32,000 nucleotides of DNA, taken from NCBI RefSeq assembly GCF_000022265.1, contig NC_011979.1:3720001-3752000 (forward strand), read 5' to 3'. Positions 8,573 to 17,108 of this stretch are shown here, piece after piece (within the stretch, counting starts at the first letter, position 1; each line of letters begins with the position of its first letter). The notes beneath the pieces are model-generated. The model was not told the DNA's origin, made no database searches, and was given only the letters and a program-made list of their open reading frames with translations. The translations under genes and the position numbers were made by a program. The DNA comes from Geotalea daltonii FRC-32. GTDB lineage: Bacteria; Desulfobacterota; Desulfuromonadia; Geobacterales; Geobacteraceae.

Positions 8573-10279
8573 CTAATCGTCAGCAACGGTTACCCGCAGC
8601 ACCTCTTCGAAAGACGTAACCCCTTCCTTCAGCTTGGTCAGCCCCGATTGGCGCATGGTTTTTATGCCCAGGCGCATGGACTCCCGCTTGATCTCGGCTG
8701 TGTTCGCACCGTTGAGAATAAGTTCCCGTATTTCTTCCAGCATGGGCATGACCTGGTAAAAGCCAACCCTCCCCTTGTAACCGGTACCGTTGCATTTGGG
8801 GCAACCGGCCCCCTTGTAACAGACAAAGGAGGAGGCTTCCTCGGCTGGAACGCCTGCGGTGATCAAAGCGTTGACAGGAATTTCATCGATAATCTTACAC
8901 TCTGAACATACCCTTCTGGCGAGCCGCTGTGCTGTAATCAGGTTTACTGCAGAGGCAACGAGAAAGGGTTCAATGCCCATGTTCAACAGACGGTTGATAG
9001 TGGACGGTGCATCGTTGGTATGCAGGGTGGAAAGTACCATATGGCCGGTCAATGCCGCCTTGACGCCGATTTCTGCCGTTTCGAAGTCACGGATTTCGCC
9101 GATCATGATAATGTCCGGGTCCTGGCGCAAAAAAGAACGGAGGGCTGCGGCAAAGTTGAGACCGATATCCTCGTGCATCTGCACCTGGTTTATCCCGGCA
9201 AAGTTGAATTCGACCGGGTCCTCGGCAGTTGATATATTTTCACTTATCTTGTTGAGCTCGGATAGGGCTGAGTAAAGCGATACGGTTTTGCCGCTGCCGG
9301 TTGGGCCTGTGACCAGAACCATACCAAACGGCTTATGGATTTCCTTTTGAAAGGCCGCCAGAGCGTCCTCTTCATATCCCAGCTTGGTCATATCCAGCTG
9401 CAGGTTTGATTTGTCCAGAAGCCGCATAACGATCTTTTCGCCAAACAGGGTAGGCAGAACGGAGACGCGGAAATCCATGTCCTTGCCCCCGCCCAGCTTG
9501 ATCTTGATGCGGCCGTCCTGTGGCAGGCGGCGTTCGGCGATGTCCAGCTCGGCCATGATCTTGATTCTCGAAGTAATGGCATTTTTGAGCTTCATCGGCG
9601 GTTTCATGACTTCATACAAAATGCCGTCAATCCTGTATCTGACTCTGAAACTTCTTTCATATGGCTCTATGTGAATGTCACTGGCCTTCTTCTTGATCGC
9701 GTCGGTAAGGATCAGGTTCACCAGTTTGACAACCGGAGCATCCTCTGTGGCCCGCTCAAGGGACGAGACATCTATGTCCTCTTCATCCCCGACAACTTCC
9801 AGGTCATCCAGCTCGAAATCGTTCATTACATCGGCCAAAGAGGCCGACTGATCGTACAGCTTGTCAATGGCAGCTTTGATCGAGGTTTCAGACGCCACAA
9901 CCACTTCAATGTTGTAGCCGGTCATGAACTTGATGTCATCTATGGCGAATATATTGGAAGGATCGCACATGGCGATTATCAGGGTGCCACCTGATCTGTT
10001 CACCGGCACGATCTGGTACTTCTGGGCAATGTCGACTGGAATAATCTTGACGACAGCAGGATCGACTTCAAAATCCTGCAGGTTTATGGAAGGGAAGCCG
10101 TATTGCTTGGAGAGAAAGGATGTCAGGTCAGGTTCGGAAATAAGACCGTTTTTTATGAGAATAGAACCCAAGCGCTGCTGGCCGCCCGCCTCCTTCTGTT
10201 CCTGGAGAGCGTTGGTCAACTGCTCTTTGGTTATGATGTTGTTTTTGACCAGGAGCTCTCCCAGCCTGCTTACATGCAT
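8573..10279 (-). CDS. pilB: type IV pilus assembly (extension) ATPase PilB
   Basis: There is an N-terminal GSPII/MshEN-type domain. Other motifs are Walker A GPTGSGKTV, IMIGEIRD, HMVLSTLHTN and the tetracysteine CSEC...CPKCNGTGYKGR. ATG start with a GAGGA RBS. Confidence 0.92.
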   Translation of the reverse strand: MHVSRLGELLVKNNIITKEQLTNALQEQKEAGGQQRLGSILIKNGLISEPDLTSFLSKQYGFPSINLQDFEVDPAVVKIIPVDIAQKYQIVPVNRSGGTLIIAMCDPSNIFAIDDIKFMTGYNIEVVVASETSIKAAIDKLYDQSASLADVMNDFELDDLEVVGDEEDIDVSSLERATEDAPVVKLVNLILTDAIKKKASDIHIEPYERSFRVRYRIDGILYEVMKPPMKLKNAITSRIKIMAELDIAERRLPQDGRIKIKLGGGKDMDFRVSVLPTLFGEKIVMRLLDKSNLQLDMTKLGYEEDALAAFQKEIHKPFGMVLVTGPTGSGKTVSLYSALSELNKISENISTAEDPVEFNFAGINQVQMHEDIGLNFAAALRSFLRQDPDIIMIGEIRDFETAEIGVKAALTGHMVLSTLHTNDAPSTINRLLNMGIEPFLVASAVNLITAQRLARRVCSECKIIDEIPVNALITAGVPAEEASSFVCYKGAGCPKCNGTGYKGRVGFYQVMPMLEEIRELILNGANTAEIKRESMRLGIKTMRQSGLTKLKEGVTSFEEVLRVTVADD

Positions 10280-10315
10280 AAGAAATCCTCAGATTAATTA
10301 AGTCGAACCCTACGA

Positions 10316-10344
10316 ATAGTATTTTGTAACGACTATTAAGTCAA
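10316..10344 (-). promoter_or_regulatory. candidate sigma70 promoter for pilB-pilT-pilC
   Basis: The minus strand reads TTGACT-N17-TACTAT (-35 at 10339-10344, -10 at 10316-10321). It starts 4 nt after the aroE stop and lies ~37 nt upstream of the pilB ATG. Confidence 0.45.
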
Positions 10345-10347
10345 GCA

Positions 10348-11220
10348 TTAGTTCCCCTTCACCGCCGTCAAAAGACAGCTTTTCATAAGGCCTCTCGGGG
10401 GGGCTAAGCCAGTCCAGTGTGAAAAAGCAATTTCCCCTTGTGCCGCAAGCATGCCAAGTCCGTTGGCCGTTCTGCACCCGTGTAAGCGAGCCAACTCAAG
10501 AAAGGGGGTTATGGGAGGTGCATAGACCATGTCGTAAAAGGAGGCAGATACCCCTTTTATTGAGGATCCGGAAAATCCGTTAAAAGACGTATTATTCATT
10601 CCCACCGATGTGGTATTGATCACCAGATCGAACCGTTGCAAGTGCTCTGCCGATAAGAGCACCTCCAAAGAAATGGAATGGAATTCGATCTTGTTGAACA
10701 CCCCTGCAAAATGGCCGATCAGCTCATTTGCCTTCTCTCTGTTTCTGTTTGCCACAGTGATCGAAACCGCCCCCCCATTGCCAAGGGCAGCAAGGGTGCC
10801 CCTTGCGGCGCCACCAGCCCCGAGAATGAGAACCTTCGCTCCGCCAGGCTCAAATGCCAAATCTTCTTTCAGGGAAACCAACAGACCGGCGCCATCCGTA
10901 TTATATCCCACCAGCAAGTCCCCTTCCCTGTTGACGGTATTGACAGCCCCCGCCAACTCAGCCTCTGGGCTCAATCTGTCAAGATATGGAATAATGGCCG
11001 ATTTATGGGGAATAGTCACATTGAAGCCGACTATTCCCAGGCTTTTCAATCCTTGGATCGCCTCTCCCAACCGATCTGGAGAGACAGGAAAAGGAACATA
11101 GACATAATCAAGGCCAAGCGCATCAAGGGCAGCATTATGCATGAGCGGAGAAAGGGAATGGCTCAGCGGTGAGCCTATGATGCCGAGAACCTTTGTCCAA
11201 CCTGAGATTGCTGGTTTCAT
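10348..11220 (-). CDS. aroE: shikimate 5-dehydrogenase
   Basis: Motifs seen are IGSPLSHSLSPLMHNAA, NVTIPHK, the NTD motif and the Rossmann loop LGAGGAARG. ATG start overlaps the upstream stop by 4 nt. Confidence 0.9.
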   Translation of the reverse strand: MKPAISGWTKVLGIIGSPLSHSLSPLMHNAALDALGLDYVYVPFPVSPDRLGEAIQGLKSLGIVGFNVTIPHKSAIIPYLDRLSPEAELAGAVNTVNREGDLLVGYNTDGAGLLVSLKEDLAFEPGGAKVLILGAGGAARGTLAALGNGGAVSITVANRNREKANELIGHFAGVFNKIEFHSISLEVLLSAEHLQRFDLVINTTSVGMNNTSFNGFSGSSIKGVSASFYDMVYAPPITPFLELARLHGCRTANGLGMLAAQGEIAFSHWTGLAPPRGLMKSCLLTAVKGN

Positions 11221-13079
11221 CTGATTCCGTACCCACTGAGGATCTGTGCTACCTGCATCTGCATCTGCGGTGCGATTCTCTCAGCAGCCCGCAATTCCGC
11301 CACTCCCTGACCAAGCTGGCGCATTCGCAGCAATGTTTCTCCAGATTCCAGATGACTGTTTGCATAAATGAGGATCGCCTTGCCCGTATCCAGATCTCGG
11401 AAAAACATCTCACCGGAAATGCCACGCAGGATATAGTTGTCCCAGACGGTGAGATCGGGGTAAAGCTCTTCCCCCTTTCCTCGAATCAATTGATAGCAGA
11501 TACCCCGTTGTAAAAGCCGGTAATCCGGAAACTGAATCGAGTAGCGAGTGGAGAAATCCACAAAGACCGGCTTTCGGTCGTATTGTTCCACAATGACCAG
11601 TTGCAGTGCATTTTCCGGGGCCTGCGACTCCAGTGGAATGGACCTGAGCATGCTGTGTCGGAAGAGCTGGGGAAAAGTGTCGAGGTACCAGTTGAAAACC
11701 AGATGTGGAGTATGGGGAAGATCCAGGTCTTCTCGCATTTTTTCCACGCCCTGCAGGTACCAGAGCGGAAACGCACCGCTGTCACCCCAAGTGAAGAGAA
11801 TGGCGCCCTGTGGCAGGGACCGGAGCGTATTGCTGGCATAGTCATAGGCTATATAGTTTTCATGTTGGTCGTTTTCAACGTAGTGCAGGGCGCATACAGT
11901 TGCTGGAAAAGCAAGCAGGAGAAGTGCGACAGCTGTTTTAACGGGCAAGGTCGAGACAATCGAGGAGGGAAATAGAGCCAGTGCATTCTGCACCAGGGCA
12001 AAAAGTCCCAGGCCGATGAGGACCGCAGAAAGCAAATACAGGGGGGTGAAAAATTCCTCCGTAAGGAAAATCATGTCAAGGGGGGTATTGAAATACCCGG
12101 CAATAACCAGCAGAAAAAACAGGATGCCTATCAGGTAAGCCAGGATCTCGTCCCATCTCTTTTTCAGAAAAGCAAAGACTCCGATTAAAACCAGCACCAG
12201 CCCGACCCAGGTAAATTCATAGGGTATATTGAAGGCATTTATCTGGTCCCAAAGCAGGCTCAGGTCCCTCACCGGCTTTTCTGAAGGATAACCCCTGCGC
12301 AGCAGGTTCCAGAGAAACTGGGTCAAGGTCTTCGAATCACCCCAGTTAAGAAGCGGGTTTTGCATCGCCCTGACCGGCAAATGAAGATGAACCGCAAACC
12401 CGAGGACGCCGAAGAACAGGGCAAGGATAAATTCCTTGATCCGCCAGATCAGCCGCCAGTTCATGGTAAGAATAAGGACCGCATAGGAAGGTAGCAAAAG
12501 AACGATCGTCTGATGGGCGCCAAAAGCCAGTCCGCAAAGAAAGGCACCCAAATAGATATAGGCAGAATGCTCCTCTCCCTGACGGTAACGATCTCTCCAG
12601 AGAAGGAGAAGATAAAAGACCATTGCGGACAAGAAGGCTATCAGAGGGTAAGGCTTGTCGTGATTGGACTGCAGCCAGAGTCTGGCTGAAAAGGCAAAGC
12701 TGGTTGCAGCACAGAGAGCGATGATTTTTTTATAAATTTCGGACTGCCTGGCATTTGCATCTAATTCTTCGCCGGCCAGCAGATGACAGACAATGAGATA
12801 AACGCCATAGCAAGCAGCAGCTGCAGAAACAGCAGTGGCAAAGTTCACACGAAAGGCAATACTGCCAAAGGGCAGATAGGTAAAAGGTTTGGCATAGTTG
12901 ACAAATAACGGGTAGCCAGGGGAGTGGGCGGTACCCAGGGAGAAGATGGCCGTGAGAAATTCGCCGCTGTCAAAGAATGTGACACTGGGAGCGAGAGTCA
13001 GCAGATAAATGGTAAGCGGCACCGTAAAGGCAAGCACCGCAAATGGATCAATTCTCTCAGTCCACCTGAAATTACTCAA
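11217..13079 (-). CDS. DUF2723/TMEM260-like polytopic membrane protein (putative GT-C-fold glycosyltransferase) with soluble C-terminal domain
   Basis: The 620-aa protein has more than 10 TM segments. Its N-terminal signature is FFDSGEFLTAIFSLGTAHSPGYPLF, which I recognise as the DUF2723 motif. It has a TTG start at 13079 with an AGGAG RBS 7 nt upstream, directly abutting the upstream stop. Confidence 0.7.
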   Translation of the reverse strand: MSNFRWTERIDPFAVLAFTVPLTIYLLTLAPSVTFFDSGEFLTAIFSLGTAHSPGYPLFVNYAKPFTYLPFGSIAFRVNFATAVSAAAACYGVYLIVCHLLAGEELDANARQSEIYKKIIALCAATSFAFSARLWLQSNHDKPYPLIAFLSAMVFYLLLLWRDRYRQGEEHSAYIYLGAFLCGLAFGAHQTIVLLLPSYAVLILTMNWRLIWRIKEFILALFFGVLGFAVHLHLPVRAMQNPLLNWGDSKTLTQFLWNLLRRGYPSEKPVRDLSLLWDQINAFNIPYEFTWVGLVLVLIGVFAFLKKRWDEILAYLIGILFFLLVIAGYFNTPLDMIFLTEEFFTPLYLLSAVLIGLGLFALVQNALALFPSSIVSTLPVKTAVALLLLAFPATVCALHYVENDQHENYIAYDYASNTLRSLPQGAILFTWGDSGAFPLWYLQGVEKMREDLDLPHTPHLVFNWYLDTFPQLFRHSMLRSIPLESQAPENALQLVIVEQYDRKPVFVDFSTRYSIQFPDYRLLQRGICYQLIRGKGEELYPDLTVWDNYILRGISGEMFFRDLDTGKAILIYANSHLESGETLLRMRQLGQGVAELRAAERIAPQMQMQVAQILSGYGIR

Positions 13080-14105
13080 TCAATTTCTCCTTTGACCGCT
13101 GTTTTCGCTTATTTTTTTCAGAGAAACCTTGTCGCGCCAGAGATAGTAGAATCCTGCCACGATCACAGGGAAAAAACCGGTCCCGTGCATAACCAGAGCC
13201 ACACTGAGAGACTGCTCCTTGGAAATGTTGAATGCCATAAGGCCATAAACGCACGCTGCGTGGTAGGTTCCCACATAGCCCGGCGACGCCGGCACCATAA
13301 CGGCAAAGACAAGAAAAACCATGATCAGCATGGAAGCGGTAATGGGCAGAGTTATGTTGAACGACTGAAGAATCAGATGCAACGGCCAGATGCAGGTGGC
13401 CCAGACAGCGAAGGAAGTAAACAGGAGGATGAGTATTTCCGAGGGCCTGGAAGAGAGACGAATGCCGGAGATGAATGACCCCAGGAGAGGTATCACCTTC
13501 TCTGAAACCTTGGCAGGAAAAGGTCTCAGCAATACGCCCACCACATGTATGGTGCGCATGGTTCTCTTTTTCAGCAGAAAGAGAAATGCCAGCACCACAA
13601 GGTAAACGCCGAGGGTGACGTAGCCTCCCATTTTCAGGCCATCCTGGACATTTTCCATGCCGGCCGGCAGCTTTACGGTAAAAAAGGTTATGAGCAGTAT
13701 GAGCAGAACAGTGAAACCATCGAAGAGCCGGTCCACAACCAGCGTCGCAAAAACAGCGCTGGTTTCGATCTCCTCTTTCTGTCCCAGAACATATGCCCTG
13801 ACGAATTCACCCAATCGCGCCGGCAGGATGTTGTTTGCCATGTAGCCGATAATGGTGGCGGGGAAAAGGTTTGCCATGACTGTCCGCTTGATGGGCAAAA
13901 GCAGATATTTCCACCGTACCGCTCGCAGATAGTAACTGACAAACGTCAGGAACACCACGGGCAACAGATAGCGGTAGTCCATCGCCCTGAAGGCCTCTAA
14001 TACCTTGTCGAAGTCTATCTTGCGAAAGAGCAGCACCATGAAGCAAAGGCTGATTCCTACCCCCGCCAGAAGCTTTTTGTCGATCGTTTTCCCGGACAAG
14101 TTCAA
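13080..14105 (-). CDS. UPF0104 / lysyl-phosphatidylglycerol-synthase-TM-region family 'flippase-like' membrane protein
   Basis: The 341-aa polytopic membrane protein carries LRAVRWKYLL and NNILPARLGEFVRAYVL motifs typical of PF03706/TIGR00374-type proteins (recall). The track start is a TTG overlapping the ribF stop (TTGA). A second TTG at 14099 has better RBS spacing. Confidence 0.6.
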   Translation of the reverse strand: MNLSGKTIDKKLLAGVGISLCFMVLLFRKIDFDKVLEAFRAMDYRYLLPVVFLTFVSYYLRAVRWKYLLLPIKRTVMANLFPATIIGYMANNILPARLGEFVRAYVLGQKEEIETSAVFATLVVDRLFDGFTVLLILLITFFTVKLPAGMENVQDGLKMGGYVTLGVYLVVLAFLFLLKKRTMRTIHVVGVLLRPFPAKVSEKVIPLLGSFISGIRLSSRPSEILILLFTSFAVWATCIWPLHLILQSFNITLPITASMLIMVFLVFAVMVPASPGYVGTYHAACVYGLMAFNISKEQSLSVALVMHGTGFFPVIVAGFYYLWRDKVSLKKISENSGQRRN

Positions 14106-15061
14106 TCCTTCAGGTATTCGTCGTATTCGATAACGAAAGCCTTGCTCAAAATGTCACGGCACCGCTGAATATCATCGGCTATGGCCTGCTGCAGGGAAGA
14201 AACGTCCGCAAAGCTTTTTTCATCGCGGATCCTGTCGATGAAGTAGACCCTGATTTCCTTCTGGTAGAGATCCCCCTCGAAGTCGAAGAGAAAGACCTCG
14301 ACAGACAAGGCGTGGTTTTTGAACGTGGGATTGGTTCCGATGTTACAGGCGCCGGCATAAAAAACCCCATCCACTTTCACCTTGACTGCATAAACACCGT
14401 CTTTAGGCAGTAACTCCTTTTCCGTCTCCAGGTTTGCCGTGGGGAAACCAAGCCCCTTGCCGCGGTGATGGCCGTGGACAACCGTGCCACCTACCGAGAA
14501 ATGCCTCCCCAGCAGGGGAACCACCCCCTTGACGTCGCCGCTTGCAATCATCTTTCTGATGGCCGTGCTGCTGAAAATGGTACTCCCATTGCTTATCGGT
14601 TTCAACTCCTCGACCTTAAAGGAAAATTCATCTCCCAAAAGGGTAAGTAGCGACACATTGCCTTCACGGTTGCGGCCGAATGCATAATCGTAGCCTATGA
14701 TCAACTTGCTCATCCCCAGCTTGCCAACCAGAATATTTGCGACAAAGTCTCTGGCTGTGGTCGAGGCAAATTGATGATCAAAGGCAATCTCCACCAGATA
14801 ATCGATGCCCGACGCCTCGATAAGTGTTTCCTTCTCGGCATAGGTATTGATCAACTGCGGGCTTTTCTGGGGAGCCAGGACCTTCAATGGATGGGGGATA
14901 AATGTCACGACTACCGACACTCCTCCCGAATCGGCTGCAGCCTTTTTTACCTTGCGGAATATTTCCCGATGCCCCAGGTGTACACCGTCGAAATTGCCGA
15001 CAGTGACCACGGCATTGGTCAATGGCTCTGTTATCCGGGAAAGATCTTTTATTATTCTCAT
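14102..15061 (-). CDS. ribF: bifunctional riboflavin kinase / FMN adenylyltransferase
   Basis: N-terminal VTVGNFDGVHLGHREIF marks the adenylyltransferase part. C-terminal GFPTANL, GVYAVKV, NIGTNPTF and LEVFLFDFEGDLY mark the riboflavin kinase part. The track start at 15148 is a GTG inside tatC. The ATG at 15061 (MRIIKDLSR...) gives a normal 319-aa product. Confidence 0.9.
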   Translation of the reverse strand: MRIIKDLSRITEPLTNAVVTVGNFDGVHLGHREIFRKVKKAAADSGGVSVVVTFIPHPLKVLAPQKSPQLINTYAEKETLIEASGIDYLVEIAFDHQFASTTARDFVANILVGKLGMSKLIIGYDYAFGRNREGNVSLLTLLGDEFSFKVEELKPISNGSTIFSSTAIRKMIASGDVKGVVPLLGRHFSVGGTVVHGHHRGKGLGFPTANLETEKELLPKDGVYAVKVKVDGVFYAGACNIGTNPTFKNHALSVEVFLFDFEGDLYQKEIRVYFIDRIRDEKSFADVSSLQQAIADDIQRCRDILSKAFVIEYDEYLKD

Positions 15062-15083
15062 AGATTTGTCTGAAGCCAAAGGC

Positions 15084-15926
15084 TCAGCCTGTCCTGGTTT
15101 CGCTCGGATTGATTTTCTTTTTGCCGAAGATAAGCGCCACCCAGACACTGACCTCGTACATGAGGTACAGTGGCACCATGATGACGAACATGGTGATCAG
15201 GTCCGCATGGAAGGCAGCTATTATGGAACTGGCCAGGAGGGCGTATTTGCGGTTTCTGGCCAGCAATTGATAGTTGACGATGCCGAACCGGGCCAGCAGG
15301 AGGGCCAGCACCGGCAGTTCGAAGATCAGGCCGAACATGAGGATCAGACGGAGGCAGAAGTTGACATAGGCGCTGAGATTGAACCAGCTCTGAAGTCCCT
15401 GTGCCTCATAGGAAAGGGAAAAGTTGATGATGACGGGCCAGATGACGATGAGAAAAAATGCTGCACCGGCGCAGAAGCTGATGGTACTGGCCGTAACGAA
15501 TGGGATGACCATTCTCCGTTCCCTGCCGGTCAACCCAGGCGCCACAAACAGCCACACCTGATGGAAAAGCACCGGCAGCACCAGGATCAATCCGGCAATG
15601 ATGGAAATCTTGCACTGGATAAAGAAAGGCTCAAGGGGCGCACTGTAATTGAGTACCCTCTCCTTTGCGGAGGTCTTGAATTCCTCATCCAGTTTATAGC
15701 GGCTGTAGATCGAGGGATAGCGTTCCTTCACCTCGTTATAGACCTGTTTTTTCAGTTCGGTCAGATAGGTCTTGCCAGTCAAGGGCTTTTCGACAAAAGT
15801 AAGCAGATCGTTGGAAAAGTTCCATGATATTCCCATGCCGATGACAACAGCAATGAAGGAAATGATGATCCGTTTTCGCAGCTCCACCAGATGTTCTATA
15901 AACGGCAGGACTTTCTCATCGGCCAT
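15084..15926 (-). CDS. tatC: TatC-family twin-arginine translocase subunit (divergent)
   Basis: Motifs seen are PFIEHLVELRKR, PLEPFF and HQVWLFVAPGLTGRERR, with 6 TM segments. The ATG at 15926 (MADEKVL...) has an AGAGGG RBS, whereas the track start at 15959 is a GTG. Confidence 0.8.
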   Translation of the reverse strand: MADEKVLPFIEHLVELRKRIIISFIAVVIGMGISWNFSNDLLTFVEKPLTGKTYLTELKKQVYNEVKERYPSIYSRYKLDEEFKTSAKERVLNYSAPLEPFFIQCKISIIAGLILVLPVLFHQVWLFVAPGLTGRERRMVIPFVTASTISFCAGAAFFLIVIWPVIINFSLSYEAQGLQSWFNLSAYVNFCLRLILMFGLIFELPVLALLLARFGIVNYQLLARNRKYALLASSIIAAFHADLITMFVIMVPLYLMYEVSVWVALIFGKKKINPSETRTG

Positions 15927-15964
15927 GGAATACCCTCTTTTCGACCACCTTGACAGCACCGAGC

Positions 15965-15994
15965 TTTATAACACAGCAGAAAGCCAAAGCGCAA
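15965..15994 (-). promoter_or_regulatory. candidate sigma70 promoter for the tatC-ribF-...-aroE block
   Basis: The minus strand reads TTGCGC-N18-TATAAA (-35 at 15989-15994, -10 at 15965-15970), ~40 nt upstream of the tatC ATG at 15926. Confidence 0.35.
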
Positions 15995-16055
15995 CAGCTA
16001 AGAGGGCTCGTCCCGTGAGCCGGAGGTTTATTCCAACGCCGGAAAAGTTTGCGGG

Positions 16056-17108
16056 TCAAAAGGACCGGATCATGGTCTCTGCCACCTTGTCGAGAAGAAT
16101 TTCACCATCTATATTTACAGTATCCATAACCGCTTTGGGCATGCCGAAAACGATACAGGTTTTCTCCGACTCGATAAAAACTTTGCCTCCTGCATCCTTG
16201 ACGGCTTTGGCGCCCGAGGCTCCATCCCTGCCCATTCCGGTCAGGACAAAGGAAAGGATTTTACCGCCACAGGCAGCTGCTGCTGATTCAAAGAGCACAT
16301 CTACCGAGGGCCGGTGCAACGTCCCCTCCGGAAGGGAATCCAGGACAACGAGCAGGTGATTCCCCTCCCTTTTCAACTTCAGGTGACTTCCGGCCGGAGC
16401 GATATAGACCGTACCGGGCATTACCGCCTCATCGTTTTTCGCTTCCTTGACAGGTACAGCACAAAGGCGATCGAGCCGTTCCGCTAATGGCGCAGTGAAA
16501 CCGGCAGGCATGTGCTGGACGATCAGTATGGGACAGGGGAAAGAAGCGGGAATCCTGGTCAGAATGTTCTGCAATGCCGGTGGCCCACCTGTCGATGTAC
16601 CGATCAGCACGACCTCCGTTTCCCTCTTTTCCGCCACCACCTGGACCGGCGGCGAGACCTCTCTTCCCTCCCCCACCCGGAGTTTGTCCACATCCACCTG
16701 GGCCGCCATCCTGATTTTGGAGATCAGTTCCCGGGCAAGCACGGAAATATCCATAGCACCGCCTGCGGCAGATTTGTCGACAAAATCCACTGCCCCCAGT
16801 TCCAGGGCGCGCAGTGTGTTGTCGCCCCCTTTCTCCATCAGGGAGCTGAGCATGATCACCGGCGCCGGGCATTCCTTCATGATCCTTTCCAGGGCGGACA
16901 GACCATCCAAAACCGGCATCTTCACATCCAGGGTCACCACGTCCGGTTTCAGGGATTTGATCATATCTATGGCCATTTCTCCATTGGAGGCCACATCAAT
17001 GACCTGGATGTCCGAACTGTTCTCGAACATCCGGACTATGGCCCTTCTCACGAAGGCCGAATCATCGACCACCAACACCCGTATTTTCCGTTGCCCATTT
17101 GCGGTCAT
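16056..17108 (-). CDS. cheB: chemotaxis protein-glutamate methylesterase/deamidase CheB (receiver + esterase)
   Basis: The receiver has VLVVDDSAFVR...DVKMPVLDG. The catalytic Ser/His/Asp contexts are GTSTGGP, VQHMP and GMGRDG. The ATG overlaps the cheR stop (ATGA). Confidence 0.92.
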   Translation of the reverse strand: MTANGQRKIRVLVVDDSAFVRRAIVRMFENSSDIQVIDVASNGEMAIDMIKSLKPDVVTLDVKMPVLDGLSALERIMKECPAPVIMLSSLMEKGGDNTLRALELGAVDFVDKSAAGGAMDISVLARELISKIRMAAQVDVDKLRVGEGREVSPPVQVVAEKRETEVVLIGTSTGGPPALQNILTRIPASFPCPILIVQHMPAGFTAPLAERLDRLCAVPVKEAKNDEAVMPGTVYIAPAGSHLKLKREGNHLLVVLDSLPEGTLHRPSVDVLFESAAAACGGKILSFVLTGMGRDGASGAKAVKDAGGKVFIESEKTCIVFGMPKAVMDTVNIDGEILLDKVAETMIRSF

